Positions 39,602-49,467 are shown, counted from the stretch's first letter. The stretch is DNA of 64,000 bases from Bacilli bacterium (GCA_023268805.1 JALRKT010000001.1:20561-84560); one strand, 5' to 3'. The notes: generated by a model from the sequence alone, not told the origin. Program-made: numbers and translations.

Positions 39602-40129
39602 TTAAGAGATTAACTCTTTTTCTTTATGTTTCATGAGGCGACTCACCCAACGGTAGGCGAATAGTTTCCCCCAAAAGTTGTAATTGGTAACGGCCGCATT
39701 ATAAATCGCCACTTGTTGACGGAAATGTTCATCCACTTCAGCTAACGATTTCTTTAAGGAAACATATTCAGGATTCACTGAGAGTTGTTCGTTTTGTTCG
39801 CCATAATAAAACAAAGCTTGGGCGGTTTGCACTAAGAAACTTTTGACTATCGTGCGTTCTGTATCTTTGATGTTTTGCAATGTATCTTCAAAACGAGGAC
39901 GTTTAGAAAGAATAAATTCTTGAGGAACATCAATCTTGTGGCGAACAAATAACTTCCCAATCATGCGAAGTAAATCATATTTCTGAGCGGTTAACACATC
40001 AATCGCGTCTTTTCGTTTTAAAAGTTGACGATAGAGTTTTCGCATTTGAAAACCATAAAAAAGGGCGATAAGAAAGTAAATAACGAGCACAATCGAGACC
40101 ACGAGAAGTGTGATATCAAGGGGTTCCAT
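39602..40129 (-). CDS. LemA-like membrane-anchored protein, hypothetical
   Basis: N-terminal TM followed by helical cytoplasmic domain. Weak LemA resemblance. Confidence 0.4.
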   Translation of the reverse strand: MEPLDITLLVVSIVLVIYFLIALFYGFQMRKLYRQLLKRKDAIDVLTAQKYDLLRMIGKLFVRHKIDVPQEFILSKRPRFEDTLQNIKDTERTIVKSFLVQTAQALFYYGEQNEQLSVNPEYVSLKKSLAEVDEHFRQQVAIYNAAVTNYNFWGKLFAYRWVSRLMKHKEKELIS

Positions 40130-40242
40130 AGCATTAAGACTATAGCATATTCCTTATCGAATTTGAATGATGCCTCATACCAATATCCGCTAAATATGAC
40201 CTTTTTTCTTTTCAATGCTATACTTTTTAATGAGGTATCACG

Positions 40243-41067
40243 ATGAAAAGACCGATTATTGGTATTATTTACGATTTTGACCGTACCCTAGCGATTGAAG
40301 ATTTACAAAATTTCAGTTTTATTCCGAAGTTAGGAATGACCCCGGATCAGTTTTGGAAATTGACCAATGAAAACTCTGAAAAAACGGGCATGGAAAAAAT
40401 ACTTTCTTACATGTACGTAATGATTCAAGAAAGTCAAAAAAAAGGCATTCCTTTAACGAAGGATTATTTAGAAAGTTTAGGCAAAGATATTCGTTTCTTC
40501 CCCGGACTTAATGGTTGGTTTCACCGTATTAATGAGTTTGGACTTGAGCAAGGTGTTCAAGTCGAACACTACATCATTACCTCCGGAACACGAGAAATCA
40601 TTATGGGGTCGCCCATTGCCAAAGAATTTAAAGCGATCTTTGGATGTGAATTTTTATTCACGGGCCCCAACAAAGTCGCCACCTGGCCAAAAAACACAAT
40701 CAACTACACGATGAAAACACAGTACTTCTTCCGTATTACCAAAGGGGTACTTGATCAAACTAATGATGAAAAAGTGAATGAACGCACGAAAGAAAAACGA
40801 ATTAAAAACCGTAATTTAATTTACATTGGGGATGGATTAACCGATGTTCCCGCAATGTTACTTGCGAAGGAAAACGGCGGTAAATCCATTGCTGTATACG
40901 CCAAAAACCAAGAAGAAAAAGCAAAACAACTTGTCGCTGATGATCGCGTTAACTTTATTTGTGAAGCCGATTATCGAAGTGATTCCATGCTCGATAAAGT
41001 TGTCAAATTGACGATTCAACAAATGGCCATTACGGAAGCATTGAGCCATCGTGAAGTGAAAGGATAA
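40243..41067 (+). CDS. HAD-IB family phosphatase (MtnX/PSPase-like)
   Basis: IIYDFDRTL (DxDxT) and IGDGLTDVPA motifs. Confidence 0.65.
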   Translation: MKRPIIGIIYDFDRTLAIEDLQNFSFIPKLGMTPDQFWKLTNENSEKTGMEKILSYMYVMIQESQKKGIPLTKDYLESLGKDIRFFPGLNGWFHRINEFGLEQGVQVEHYIITSGTREIIMGSPIAKEFKAIFGCEFLFTGPNKVATWPKNTINYTMKTQYFFRITKGVLDQTNDEKVNERTKEKRIKNRNLIYIGDGLTDVPAMLLAKENGGKSIAVYAKNQEEKAKQLVADDRVNFICEADYRSDSMLDKVVKLTIQQMAITEALSHREVKG

Positions 41068-41070
41068 TTT

Positions 41071-41751
41071 ATGACAAGTGCGATTTTATTAGCCGCCGGA
41101 CAAAGTCTTCGCTTTCAAGAAAATGTGACCCCTAAACAATTTTTTCGTGTCAAAGGAAAAAAATTGTATCAGTTTTCCCTAGAAACGTTTGTGGCCAGTC
41201 GCCATATTCAATCGATTCTGTTAGTGGTACCCGAATCATGGGTAGCGACCGTTGCCGATGAAGTTAAACGTAAAAAATATGGCAAAACGATTGCTGTTAT
41301 TTCCGGAGGAAAAACGCGTCAAGAATCTTCCTACTTAGGTTTGCAATACGCCTATTTTCATCTTAAACCCGACTATGTGGTGATTCATGATGTGGCCCGT
41401 CCTCTTGTGATGAATTCCCTCATTGATAAAGTGTGCGTGGAAGTGAAAAAAGCAGGCGCAGTCACCTTAGGAAGAGAAGTCAACGATTCCTTATTTGTCA
41501 AAGAAGGTGAAACGTTAGAGTCGTATTTATTTAAGGGAAAAATGTATCTCGTACAAACCCCGCAAGCGTTTTCTTTCCCTTTGATTTTTGAAGCGCATGA
41601 ACATGCCCGTCAATTAAAAATTAAATCGGCCATCGATGATGCGAGTTTACTGCGCTTACAGAATAAAGAAGTATATGTTTTTCCTGGCAGTCGGCAAAAC
41701 TTTAAAATCGTCACCGTAGATGATCTTAACCTCTTTAAAAAACTTATTTAG
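41071..41751 (+). CDS. IspD/TarI-family cytidylyltransferase
   Basis: AILLAAGQSLRF and IHDVARP motifs. 3-nt gap after the HAD gene. Confidence 0.7.
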   Translation: MTSAILLAAGQSLRFQENVTPKQFFRVKGKKLYQFSLETFVASRHIQSILLVVPESWVATVADEVKRKKYGKTIAVISGGKTRQESSYLGLQYAYFHLKPDYVVIHDVARPLVMNSLIDKVCVEVKKAGAVTLGREVNDSLFVKEGETLESYLFKGKMYLVQTPQAFSFPLIFEAHEHARQLKIKSAIDDASLLRLQNKEVYVFPGSRQNFKIVTVDDLNLFKKLI

Positions 41752-41756
41752 AAATC

Positions 41757-42119
41757 ATGGTTGCCAGTTATCAAATTGATGAAATTATTGTTGGTAAAGT
41801 GATTGATATCCAACCCTATGGAGCCTTCATTGGTTTTCCCAATGGTCAAAAAGGACTTGTTCACATTTCTGAAATTTCGGATGATTATGTCAAACATATC
41901 GAAACATATTTGCTCGTGGGCGAATATGTTCGTGTTAAAGTATTAGCGATTGATCACACGAGCAATCATTTAAAGTTATCGATTAAGCGGCTTTATAAAA
42001 AGGAAGAACTCATCGACCAAAAACATCCTTTTTGGTTTAAAGTCCCTCCGCATGAAATTGATTTTAGCCCGCTGAAAGACGCTTTACCAAAATGGTTAGA
42101 CGATAAATTAAAGGAGTAA
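41757..42119 (+). CDS. S1-domain RNA-binding protein (YabR/general stress protein 13-like)
   Basis: Single S1 domain, GKVIDIQPYGAFIGFPNGQKGLVHISEI. Confidence 0.75.
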   Translation: MVASYQIDEIIVGKVIDIQPYGAFIGFPNGQKGLVHISEISDDYVKHIETYLLVGEYVRVKVLAIDHTSNHLKLSIKRLYKKEELIDQKHPFWFKVPPHEIDFSPLKDALPKWLDDKLKE

Positions 42120-42129
42120 AAACAATCGT

Positions 42130-43404
42130 ATGAAACTCAATTTAGAAAAAGTTAAATTAACAAAACCCTTTTCAGAATACCAAGAAAAAATTCATCGTAT
42201 CACCGATTTAATCGCCACGAAAAAAGGGCCGGGTGGTGATTATTTAGGATGGGACCGTTGGCCAGAAACCTACGATAAAGAAGAATTTCAACGCATTATC
42301 GATGCAGCGAGTTGGATTCGTCAGAACGTGGACGTGCTGGTGGTCGTTGGTATTGGTGGTTCCTATCTTGGGGCCCGCGCCGTCATTGAAGCACTAAAGG
42401 GTTTATATGCTCAAGATTCGTTAGAAATTATCTTTTTAGGACAAACGTTTTCCCCCACGTATACCCAACAAGTGCTTAACTATTTAAGCAATAAACGATT
42501 TGCGATTAATGTCATTTCTAAGTCTGGGACAACGACAGAAACTTCGATTGCTTTCCGTTTAGTGAAAAATTTACTCGAAAAACAAGTCGGAAAAACCCAC
42601 GCCAAACAAGCAATCTTTGCCACTACGGATAAAGAAAAAGGCGCCCTTCGCGACCTTGTTAATAAGGAAGGTTATACCTCCTTTGTTTTACCGGATGACA
42701 TTGGCGGTCGTTACTCGGTGTTAACTGCGGTCGGATTACTTCCTATTGCCGCGGCAGGCATCGACATTGCTGCACTCATGCAAGGGGCAAAAGATGCCAT
42801 GAATGCCTTAACGAATTTTGATGTTGAATCCAATATTGCCATTCAATATGCCATCGTTCGTCATCAGCTTTATCAAGAAAAAGCTGTAGAGATGTTTGTT
42901 ACTTATGAACCTCATATGGCGATGATTAGTGAATGGTTAAAACAACTTTTTGCCGAATCGGAAGGCAAAGAAAGCAAAGGATTACTTCCCGGTTCTGTTT
43001 CTTTTAGCACGGATCTGCATAGTGTCGGTCAATTTATTCAAGAAGGGTCGCCTGTTTTATTTGAAACGACCTTATTTGTGAAAAAACCATTACTCGATCT
43101 CAATGTTCCGCTTGAAACCGATGATGCCGATGGTTTAAATTATCTTGCCGGTCGTCCGTTATCGTTTGTGAATGAAAAAGCATTTTTAGGAACGTTACAA
43201 GCACACACCGGAGAGGGTGGAGTTCCTGTCGTTCAATTAGAAATCGATGAACTTAACGCGTATGAACTCGGGTATTTACTCTACTTCTTTATGAAATCCG
43301 TCGCCTATTCTGGCTACTTATTAGGCATCAACCCCTTTAACCAACCTGGTGTGGAAGTTTATAAGCGAAATATGTTTAAACTTCTCGGGAAAAAAGGTTA
43401 TTAA
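42130..43404 (+). CDS. pgi: Glucose-6-phosphate isomerase
   Basis: 424 aa. Firmicute-type PGI with GIGGSYLG. Confidence 0.92.
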   Translation: MKLNLEKVKLTKPFSEYQEKIHRITDLIATKKGPGGDYLGWDRWPETYDKEEFQRIIDAASWIRQNVDVLVVVGIGGSYLGARAVIEALKGLYAQDSLEIIFLGQTFSPTYTQQVLNYLSNKRFAINVISKSGTTTETSIAFRLVKNLLEKQVGKTHAKQAIFATTDKEKGALRDLVNKEGYTSFVLPDDIGGRYSVLTAVGLLPIAAAGIDIAALMQGAKDAMNALTNFDVESNIAIQYAIVRHQLYQEKAVEMFVTYEPHMAMISEWLKQLFAESEGKESKGLLPGSVSFSTDLHSVGQFIQEGSPVLFETTLFVKKPLLDLNVPLETDDADGLNYLAGRPLSFVNEKAFLGTLQAHTGEGGVPVVQLEIDELNAYELGYLLYFFMKSVAYSGYLLGINPFNQPGVEVYKRNMFKLLGKKGY

Positions 43405-43420
43405 TTTTCTTAAAAAAAGA

Positions 43421-43459
43421 GCGACTTTCATTGACTAAAAAAGTCGTGTTTGTTATATT
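43421..43459 (+). promoter_or_regulatory. pgi terminator hairpin overlapping the promoter of the tRNA cluster
   Basis: GCGACTTT...AAAGTCG hairpin with TTGACT (43431-43436) in its loop, then a 17-nt spacer to TATATT (43454-43459) preceded by TG. Confidence 0.4.
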
Positions 43460-43482
43460 AAGTAAGCACGCGTAGACCCAAG

Positions 43483-43558
43483 GGATGTTTAGCTCAGCTG
43501 GGAGAGCATCGCCTTTACACGGCGGAGGTCGGGGGTTCGAACCCCTCAACATCCACCA
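43483..43558 (+). tRNA. tRNA-Val (anticodon TAC)
   Basis: 76 nt. Acceptor GGATGTT/AACATCC, anticodon loop TTTACAC, CCA encoded. Confidence 0.9.
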
Positions 43559-43584
43559 GGTAGTACCCGTGAGTTGATCACCTT

Positions 43585-43668
43585 GGAGGCTTAGCGAAGC
43601 GGCCAAACGCAGCTGACTGTAAATCAGTTCCTTCGGGTTCGGTGGTTCGAATCCACCAGCCTCCACCA
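43585..43668 (+). tRNA. tRNA-Tyr (anticodon GTA)
   Basis: 84 nt. Long variable arm, anticodon loop CTGTAAA, acceptor GGAGGCT/AGCCTCC. Confidence 0.9.
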
Positions 43669-43677
43669 GTCCATTGT

Positions 43678-43752
43678 TGGGGTATAGCCAAGTGGTAAGG
43701 CAATAGACTTTGACTCTATCATTCCCTGGTTCGATCCCAGGTACCCCAGCCA
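43678..43752 (+). tRNA. tRNA-Gln (anticodon TTG)
   Basis: 75 nt. U1-A72 acceptor TGGGGTA/TACCCCA typical of bacterial tRNA-Gln. Anticodon loop CTTTGAC. Confidence 0.88.
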
Positions 43753-43758
43753 AACAAC

Positions 43759-43835
43759 CTCCCGCTAGCTCAGTTGGTTAGAGCATTTGCCTTTTAAGCA
43801 AAGGGTCGAAGGTTCGAGTCCTTCGCGGGAGACCA
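43759..43835 (+). tRNA. tRNA-Lys (anticodon TTT)
   Basis: 77 nt. Acceptor CTCCCGC/GCGGGAG (C1-G72), anticodon loop CTTTTAA. Confidence 0.85.
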
Positions 43836-43841
43836 TTATCT

Positions 43842-43928
43842 GCCCAGGTGGCGAAATTGGTAGACGCACAGGACTTAAAATCCTGCGGTAGCGATACCGT
43901 GCCGGTTCAAGTCCGGCCCCGGGCACCA
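43842..43928 (+). tRNA. tRNA-Leu (anticodon TAA)
   Basis: 87 nt. Long variable arm, anticodon loop CTTAAAA. One A-C mismatch in the acceptor stem. Confidence 0.85.
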
Positions 43929-43997
43929 ACCATCGAAAGATGGTTTTTTTCTTTGTATTTTACTTTTTTAAAGAAAGATTTTTTGTATAATAGCGAT

Positions 43998-44276
43998 ATG
44001 ACCATTGAACAACAAATTGAAGAAACGCTCGATAAAATTCGTCCCTTCATCCTTCGTGATGGTGGAAATGTCGAATTTCATTCCTTTGTCGATGGTATTG
44101 TTTATTTACGCATGGAAGGCGCTTGTTCTTCCTGTGGTCTTATTGATTCGACCTTGTCAGGCGGGATTGAAGTCATTTTGATGGAAGAAGTCCCTGGCGT
44201 CTTAGGCGTCAAGCTCGTCGATGAACAACCAATCACCATCACGGATGAAATAAAATTTCCTTCCGATAATCAATAA
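43998..44276 (+). CDS. NifU-like (Nfu-type) Fe-S cluster scaffold domain protein
   Basis: 93 aa. RDGGNVEF...GACSSCG motif. The caller ORF extends upstream over tRNA-Leu; ATG at 43998 is the first start clear of the tRNA. Confidence 0.75.
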   Translation: MTIEQQIEETLDKIRPFILRDGGNVEFHSFVDGIVYLRMEGACSSCGLIDSTLSGGIEVILMEEVPGVLGVKLVDEQPITITDEIKFPSDNQ

Positions 44277-45739
44277 TTCGACGCGGTTAAACTTCCCACT
44301 TCTAACCAACGTATCCTTAAGAGTTCACGCACATATTCAAACGTATTGAGAATCGTATTTTCATTGTGAGGATAATCGGATTCAGCGGCCCAATGTTTCT
44401 CCGTTAAATAATTGATAGAGATGATTTTATATGTACGATTGGTTTGAATGGAAGGCATATTGTCAATGGTGCGCATTAACAAGTTTTGTGACATCCACCA
44501 TTGCAGTTCACTGCCCGTGACTTCGGCGATAATGAGTTCATTATCGAAAGGAAATGATTTATATAAATCCCCATACGTCACTTCTCCAGCGGCAATCGGA
44601 GCGCGCACACCCCCAAAGTTATGAAAACTTGCAATGACGTCATCATCCACCGCTCGACCATACGTTAACATCGTTTCCACAGCAAGTCGGCCCAGTTGAG
44701 TCGTGGTAAAATTACCCACGGCAGTGCCTAAAACTTCATTTTTAATCGCGTTAATCTCCTCATCTAAATACGTTTGATAGAGCGTTGCCATGGCTTCATC
44801 TTCCGTTTGTAATTCCCCGCGTTCAACAAGCGTATCATGGGTGTAGACCCCTGACATCGAGGGCATATAGGTCATTAAATCACTATTAGGATCATAATAG
44901 AAGCGTGCATGGGCGACCGCACGCCCATTGGATAATGCTTGAAAAACGGGTTTACCTTGAACGGTAGAAACATCATACCGATGCGTATGGCCATTAAAGA
45001 CAGCATCCACATACGGTAAAACATCGGGATTCACCGACCCATCATGATTTAATAAAATAATGAGTTTTGCCCCTTGGTCTTTGAGATAGGTTGAGGCTTC
45101 TTGAACAAGCGTTCCATACGGAACAAAATCATAATGTTCGACCGCACTTTGTAAAATACTCGACTCCAAACTTGGTCCAATGGTTCCGATAATGCCAATC
45201 CGAACCCCGGAACGTTGAATCATCGTATAGGGTTGAGCAAAAGCAGCGCGTTGTTGGGTTCGTTTATCGACAATGTTAATCGCGAGTAGAGGGAAATTCG
45301 ATCGTTCAGCATTCGTGGTAATCACCGCATCGGTCCAGTCAAATTCATGATTACCAATTGCCATGGCTTCAAAACCTAGTTGATTCATCGCGTCCACCAC
45401 CAAGCGACCGCGGGTAATGTTACTATCCGCACTCCCTTGCCACATATCGCCGCTGGATAATAAAACGGTATTTTCGTTATTACCTTTTTGTTCATTAAAA
45501 TAACTAGCAAGGCGGGTAATGCCGATTTCATCACTACTAGGGTTATATGCTAAGGCGCCATGAAAATCGTTTAAATTGTAAAAATCGAGATAAAACGATT
45601 CGGAGGGAATGACTTCTGAGGATAAGGAAGGAATGGATTGTTCTAAGGAAGGTAGACTCATTTCACTGGAACTGGAAAATGCGGGGACACATCCCACTAA
45701 AAATAATAGGAAGAAACTTATCCATTTGCTTTGTTTCAT
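44270..45739 (-). CDS. Bifunctional metallophosphatase/5'-nucleotidase lipoprotein
   Basis: Lipobox LVGCVP. SGDMWQGS and GNHEFD metallophosphatase motifs plus C-terminal nucleotidase domain. Confidence 0.8.
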   Translation of the reverse strand: MKQSKWISFFLLFLVGCVPAFSSSSEMSLPSLEQSIPSLSSEVIPSESFYLDFYNLNDFHGALAYNPSSDEIGITRLASYFNEQKGNNENTVLLSSGDMWQGSADSNITRGRLVVDAMNQLGFEAMAIGNHEFDWTDAVITTNAERSNFPLLAINIVDKRTQQRAAFAQPYTMIQRSGVRIGIIGTIGPSLESSILQSAVEHYDFVPYGTLVQEASTYLKDQGAKLIILLNHDGSVNPDVLPYVDAVFNGHTHRYDVSTVQGKPVFQALSNGRAVAHARFYYDPNSDLMTYMPSMSGVYTHDTLVERGELQTEDEAMATLYQTYLDEEINAIKNEVLGTAVGNFTTTQLGRLAVETMLTYGRAVDDDVIASFHNFGGVRAPIAAGEVTYGDLYKSFPFDNELIIAEVTGSELQWWMSQNLLMRTIDNMPSIQTNRTYKIISINYLTEKHWAAESDYPHNENTILNTFEYVRELLRIRWLEVGSLTASNY

Positions 45740-46509
45740 AAGTAAACATTCTCCAATCGATTCACAATGACATAGCCTTCTAAATTGCCTACATCAGGAC
45801 GGTTATACGTATAACGCGTTCCATCAGGTTTAATAAAGTGACCGCCTGCTTCGGTGATCAAGATGTCACTGGCTGCGGTATCCCATTCTTTGGTCCCTTC
45901 GGAAAGTCGGTAGGTAATTTCAGCGAGCCCTTGGGCAATTTTACACGCTTTGATGGCACTTCCGAAAGCTGCTCTTTTTGTAATAACATGCGCATAACGG
46001 TCGATCACAGCCAATTCGTTGGCCTTACTATGAAATCGAGACATGAGCACCGTTAAATCCTTTGTTTTGTCATTCACATGAATTTGTTGATCAGGACCTT
46101 GATGACGATAAAATGCACCGTGTCCTTCACTGGCGTAATACGTTTCTCCGGTTACAGGAATCATGATAAGGCCTGCAATGACGCGATGGCGATAAATAAG
46201 GGCAATATTAATGGTGAATTCATCATTCTTCGCGACGAAATCTTTGGTGCCATCGACGGGATCAACCACCCAAACATAGTCTTTTTCAAGTCGGATTAAA
46301 TCATCGTCGGTTTCTTCGGTGAGAAAACCAAAATCCGGATAACGTTCTTTTAAATACGAGGAGATCACTTCATCCGCACGTTTATCCGCCTCTGTGACGG
46401 GTGAATGGTCTTCTTTTTGTTCAACCGAAAAAGGTTTTTGATACACCTCAAGAATCACTTTTTGCGCACGTTTTGCCGCTTCATACGCGTCGATTAAATA
46501 TAAATTCAT
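45736..46509 (-). CDS. Inositol monophosphatase / CysQ-like bisphosphate nucleotidase family
   Basis: FLTEE and WVVDPVDGTKDF motifs. Confidence 0.8.
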   Translation of the reverse strand: MNLYLIDAYEAAKRAQKVILEVYQKPFSVEQKEDHSPVTEADKRADEVISSYLKERYPDFGFLTEETDDDLIRLEKDYVWVVDPVDGTKDFVAKNDEFTINIALIYRHRVIAGLIMIPVTGETYYASEGHGAFYRHQGPDQQIHVNDKTKDLTVLMSRFHSKANELAVIDRYAHVITKRAAFGSAIKACKIAQGLAEITYRLSEGTKEWDTAASDILITEAGGHFIKPDGTRYTYNRPDVGNLEGYVIVNRLENVYL

Positions 46510-46533
46510 AATGATATTGTACGTGAAGAGAAT

Positions 46534-46564
46534 AAAAAAACCTAGGTTTCCCTAGGTTTTTTTG
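46534..46564. terminator. Rho-independent terminator after fba
   Basis: AAAAAAACCTAGG TTTC CCTAGGTTTTTTT. Confidence 0.65.
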
Positions 46565-46571
46565 ACCTTCA

Positions 46572-47435
46572 TTATTCCGCTTTTCCGATACAACCAAAGA
46601 CTTCGTATTTGGCTTTTACGACCTTACGAATCCCTTCTTTTCCGGGGCCAATAATCTTGCGGGGATCATAGACTTTTGGATCTTTATTAAGAACCTCACG
46701 GACAATCTTCGTCCATTCGATTTGGTTTTCCGTATTGACGTTGATTTTCGCGGTGCCTCGTTCAATGGCCATGCGGAGTTGATTATCAGGAATCCCAGAT
46801 CCTCCATGAAGCACGAGCGGTAAACCCGTTAAATCATGAATTTCTTTCATTTCAGCAAACCCTAATTTCGGTTCTCCTTGATAAGGACCATGGACCGAAC
46901 CTAAGGCCGGCGCTAATGTATCAATGCCGGTCGCTTGAACAAGCTTTAAGCATTCGGCAGGAACGGCATAAAATGTTTCGGCGACAACGTGGTCTTCTTG
47001 ACCACCGACGCGACCTAATTCTGCTTCCACAGAAACGAGGGGGGTTTGTTTGTGCGCGTAATCAACGACTTCTTTAGTTTGGCGAATGTTCTCTTCTAAG
47101 GTTTCATGGGATGCATCAATCATGACCGAGGTAAAACCTGCATCAATGGCTTTTTTGCAAACGTCCACCGATTCACCGTGGTCTAAATGAACAGCGATGG
47201 GAATCGTGTATCCTTTATCTTTAATTAATCCTTTGACCATGCCCATGACGGTGTTAAACCCACCCATGTACTTGGCAGCCCCACTGGAAACGCCTAAAAT
47301 AACAGGTGCTTTGAGCGCTTGGCATTCTTCTAAGATGGCGAGCGTCCATTCTAAATTGTTGATATTGAATTGCGCGACTGCGTATTTTTCTTCGTGCGCT
47401 TTAATCAACATCTCTTTCATACTTACTAATGGCAT
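46572..47435 (-). CDS. fba: Class II fructose-bisphosphate aldolase
   Basis: 287 aa. [13 protein letters not shown] and HLDHG zinc-site motif. Confidence 0.95.
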   Translation of the reverse strand: MPLVSMKEMLIKAHEEKYAVAQFNINNLEWTLAILEECQALKAPVILGVSSGAAKYMGGFNTVMGMVKGLIKDKGYTIPIAVHLDHGESVDVCKKAIDAGFTSVMIDASHETLEENIRQTKEVVDYAHKQTPLVSVEAELGRVGGQEDHVVAETFYAVPAECLKLVQATGIDTLAPALGSVHGPYQGEPKLGFAEMKEIHDLTGLPLVLHGGSGIPDNQLRMAIERGTAKINVNTENQIEWTKIVREVLNKDPKVYDPRKIIGPGKEGIRKVVKAKYEVFGCIGKAE

Positions 47436-47462
47436 AATGGTACCTTCCTTTCTTTTATGACC

Positions 47463-47831
47463 TTATGCAGCTTCTTCTTCGTGATCGGAACCATCATCGT
47501 CTTCGGCCTCTTCATCGTCAGATTCTTCATCTTCTTCAAACGTTTCTTCGTCATCAACAGGTGTTGTTTCTAACGTTTCAACATCTTTAAACACGCCCCG
47601 AGCATCATCATAGAGTTCTTTAAAACTATAACGTGCTTTTAAGGACCATTTGTTCCCGCCGACCGCGACAAAGCGACCATCCAAGGTCAGTAATTGATAA
47701 AAACGACCGATTTGGGCATCTTGAGCCGCGTCATCTTGGGAACGAACATGCGCCCAAATGTCTTGAAAACTAACAGGATCCTTTTGATTTCCTACAAATT
47801 CATAGGCTAATTCAATCATCGATTTTGGCAT
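47463..47831 (-). CDS. rpoE: DNA-directed RNA polymerase delta subunit
   Basis: N-terminal HARE-HTH-like domain (FYQLLTLDGRFVAV) and poly-acidic C-tail. Confidence 0.85.
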   Translation of the reverse strand: MPKSMIELAYEFVGNQKDPVSFQDIWAHVRSQDDAAQDAQIGRFYQLLTLDGRFVAVGGNKWSLKARYSFKELYDDARGVFKDVETLETTPVDDEETFEEDEESDDEEAEDDDGSDHEEEAA

Positions 47832-47844
47832 GAATGTACCTCTT

Positions 47845-49467
47845 TTACATACTTTCTAATGCGGTAATACCACATAAACGGAGTGCGTTTGCCAAGACCA
47901 CTTGACTCGCTTTCACAAGCGCCAATCGCGATTGTGAGAGTTCTTTTTGATCTCGGTCAATAACCCGCCTATTAGTATAGAAACTATGCGTATAACTTGC
48001 AAGGAGTTGAATATAATTCGTGATCTTGGAAGGTTCTTTTTCGTTGGCCGCATCTAGAACAACTTGAGGGAAAGAAGCAAGATGTTTTAATAGATCAACT
48101 TCTTCGGGTTCTTCGAGGCGCGGTGCTTTTTCATCCATGCCAATATCCGCCCCGTTTTTTAATAAAGTACTTAAGCGAGCATGGGCATATTGGGCATAGT
48201 AAAGTGGATTGACGTTGCTCATTGTTTTTGCGAGATCTAAATCAAATTCCATGGGTTGATGATATGAACGCGCCAAAATAAAATAACGCGCAGCATCTTT
48301 ACCCACTTCCTCGACTAAATCTTTAAACGTAATGCCTTTACCTGTCCGCTTACTCATCTTCACTTCTTGACCTTGTTGGACGAGCGTCACCAGTTGCATG
48401 ACGACAACGTCTAACACATCCTCCCCGTAACCAAGCATCATAAGGGCTGCTTTCATCCGGGAAATATATCCGTGATGATCGGGACCAAGAACATCAATAA
48501 GTTGGGCTGATCCTCGCTTCAATTTATCTTCATGATAGGCAATATCCGGTAAAAAATACGTCATTTGACCATCGGATTTAATCAACACACGATCTTTATC
48601 ATCGCCTCGGGCCGTTGTTTTTAAATAGGTGGCGCCTTGATCTTCATACACAAACGCTTGCAAGCGTTTTAAAACGTCTTCAATCATCGATGTGGCCCGT
48701 AGTTCTTTTTCGGAACGATACACATCAAAGACAACCCCTAAGGAGGCTAAGTCCTCACGAATACGGGTTAATTCTTTCTCCATGGCATACTGTTTAAAAA
48801 AGGCTTCATCATAGTGATTTTCATATTGCATACCCACGGTATCCACAAGTTCTTGCGCAATGGCAATGATGTCTGGTCCGTAGTAACCATCCTCGGGTAA
48901 CGTCATGGCATGCCCTAAATGTTCCATGTAGCGGCAGTATAGTGATCGACCTAAATTTTGAATTTGGGTCCCAGCATCATTTATATAAAATTCTTTGGTC
49001 ACGGTATAACCGACATGTTTTAATAGCGTCGCTATCGCATCGCCTAATGCCGCACCACGAGCATGGGCGACATGCATCGGACCGGTAGGATTGGCAGAAA
49101 CAAATTCAATATTTATGGTTTTGCCTTCGCCGATAGTCGATTTCCCATAATCTTTACCTGATGAGAAAATTGTAGAAATAAGCGAAGATAATTCTGCTTT
49201 TTTAATCGTAAAGTTTAAAAATCCAGGCCCTGCGACATCAATTTTTTCAACGACATCCAAAACCAAATTGGATTGAATATATGCCGCAAGTTCATTCGGT
49301 TTTTTACCAAGTTGTTTCGCGTAACGTAAACACACATTGCTGGCATAATCACCAAACTTTCGGTCTTTGGTCGTTTCAATGACAATATCGTTTTCTTGTA
49401 ACGTTACATTAAGTTTTAAAAAAACTTCGATTAACGCTTTTTTTAAGGCAAGAATAATCGGATTCAT
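47845..49467 (-). CDS. argS: Arginyl-tRNA synthetase
   Basis: 540 aa. HVAHARGAALGD (HIGH-like) and MSKRTGKG (KMSKS) motifs. Confidence 0.95.
   Translation of the reverse strand: MNPIILALKKALIEVFLKLNVTLQENDIVIETTKDRKFGDYASNVCLRYAKQLGKKPNELAAYIQSNLVLDVVEKIDVAGPGFLNFTIKKAELSSLISTIFSSGKDYGKSTIGEGKTINIEFVSANPTGPMHVAHARGAALGDAIATLLKHVGYTVTKEFYINDAGTQIQNLGRSLYCRYMEHLGHAMTLPEDGYYGPDIIAIAQELVDTVGMQYENHYDEAFFKQYAMEKELTRIREDLASLGVVFDVYRSEKELRATSMIEDVLKRLQAFVYEDQGATYLKTTARGDDKDRVLIKSDGQMTYFLPDIAYHEDKLKRGSAQLIDVLGPDHHGYISRMKAALMMLGYGEDVLDVVVMQLVTLVQQGQEVKMSKRTGKGITFKDLVEEVGKDAARYFILARSYHQPMEFDLDLAKTMSNVNPLYYAQYAHARLSTLLKNGADIGMDEKAPRLEEPEEVDLLKHLASFPQVVLDAANEKEPSKITNYIQLLASYTHSFYTNRRVIDRDQKELSQSRLALVKASQVVLANALRLCGITALESM

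Noticed and set aside
43376-43753. 125-aa ORF on the minus strand across the tRNA cluster
   Set aside because: It lies entirely antisense to four well-formed tRNA genes; a GC-rich structured-RNA region commonly yields spurious ORFs.
43848-43997. N-terminal extension of the NifU-like ORF (caller start at 43848)
   Set aside because: The extension overlaps tRNA-Leu(TAA) and the downstream T-rich region; homologues begin at the ATG at 43998.
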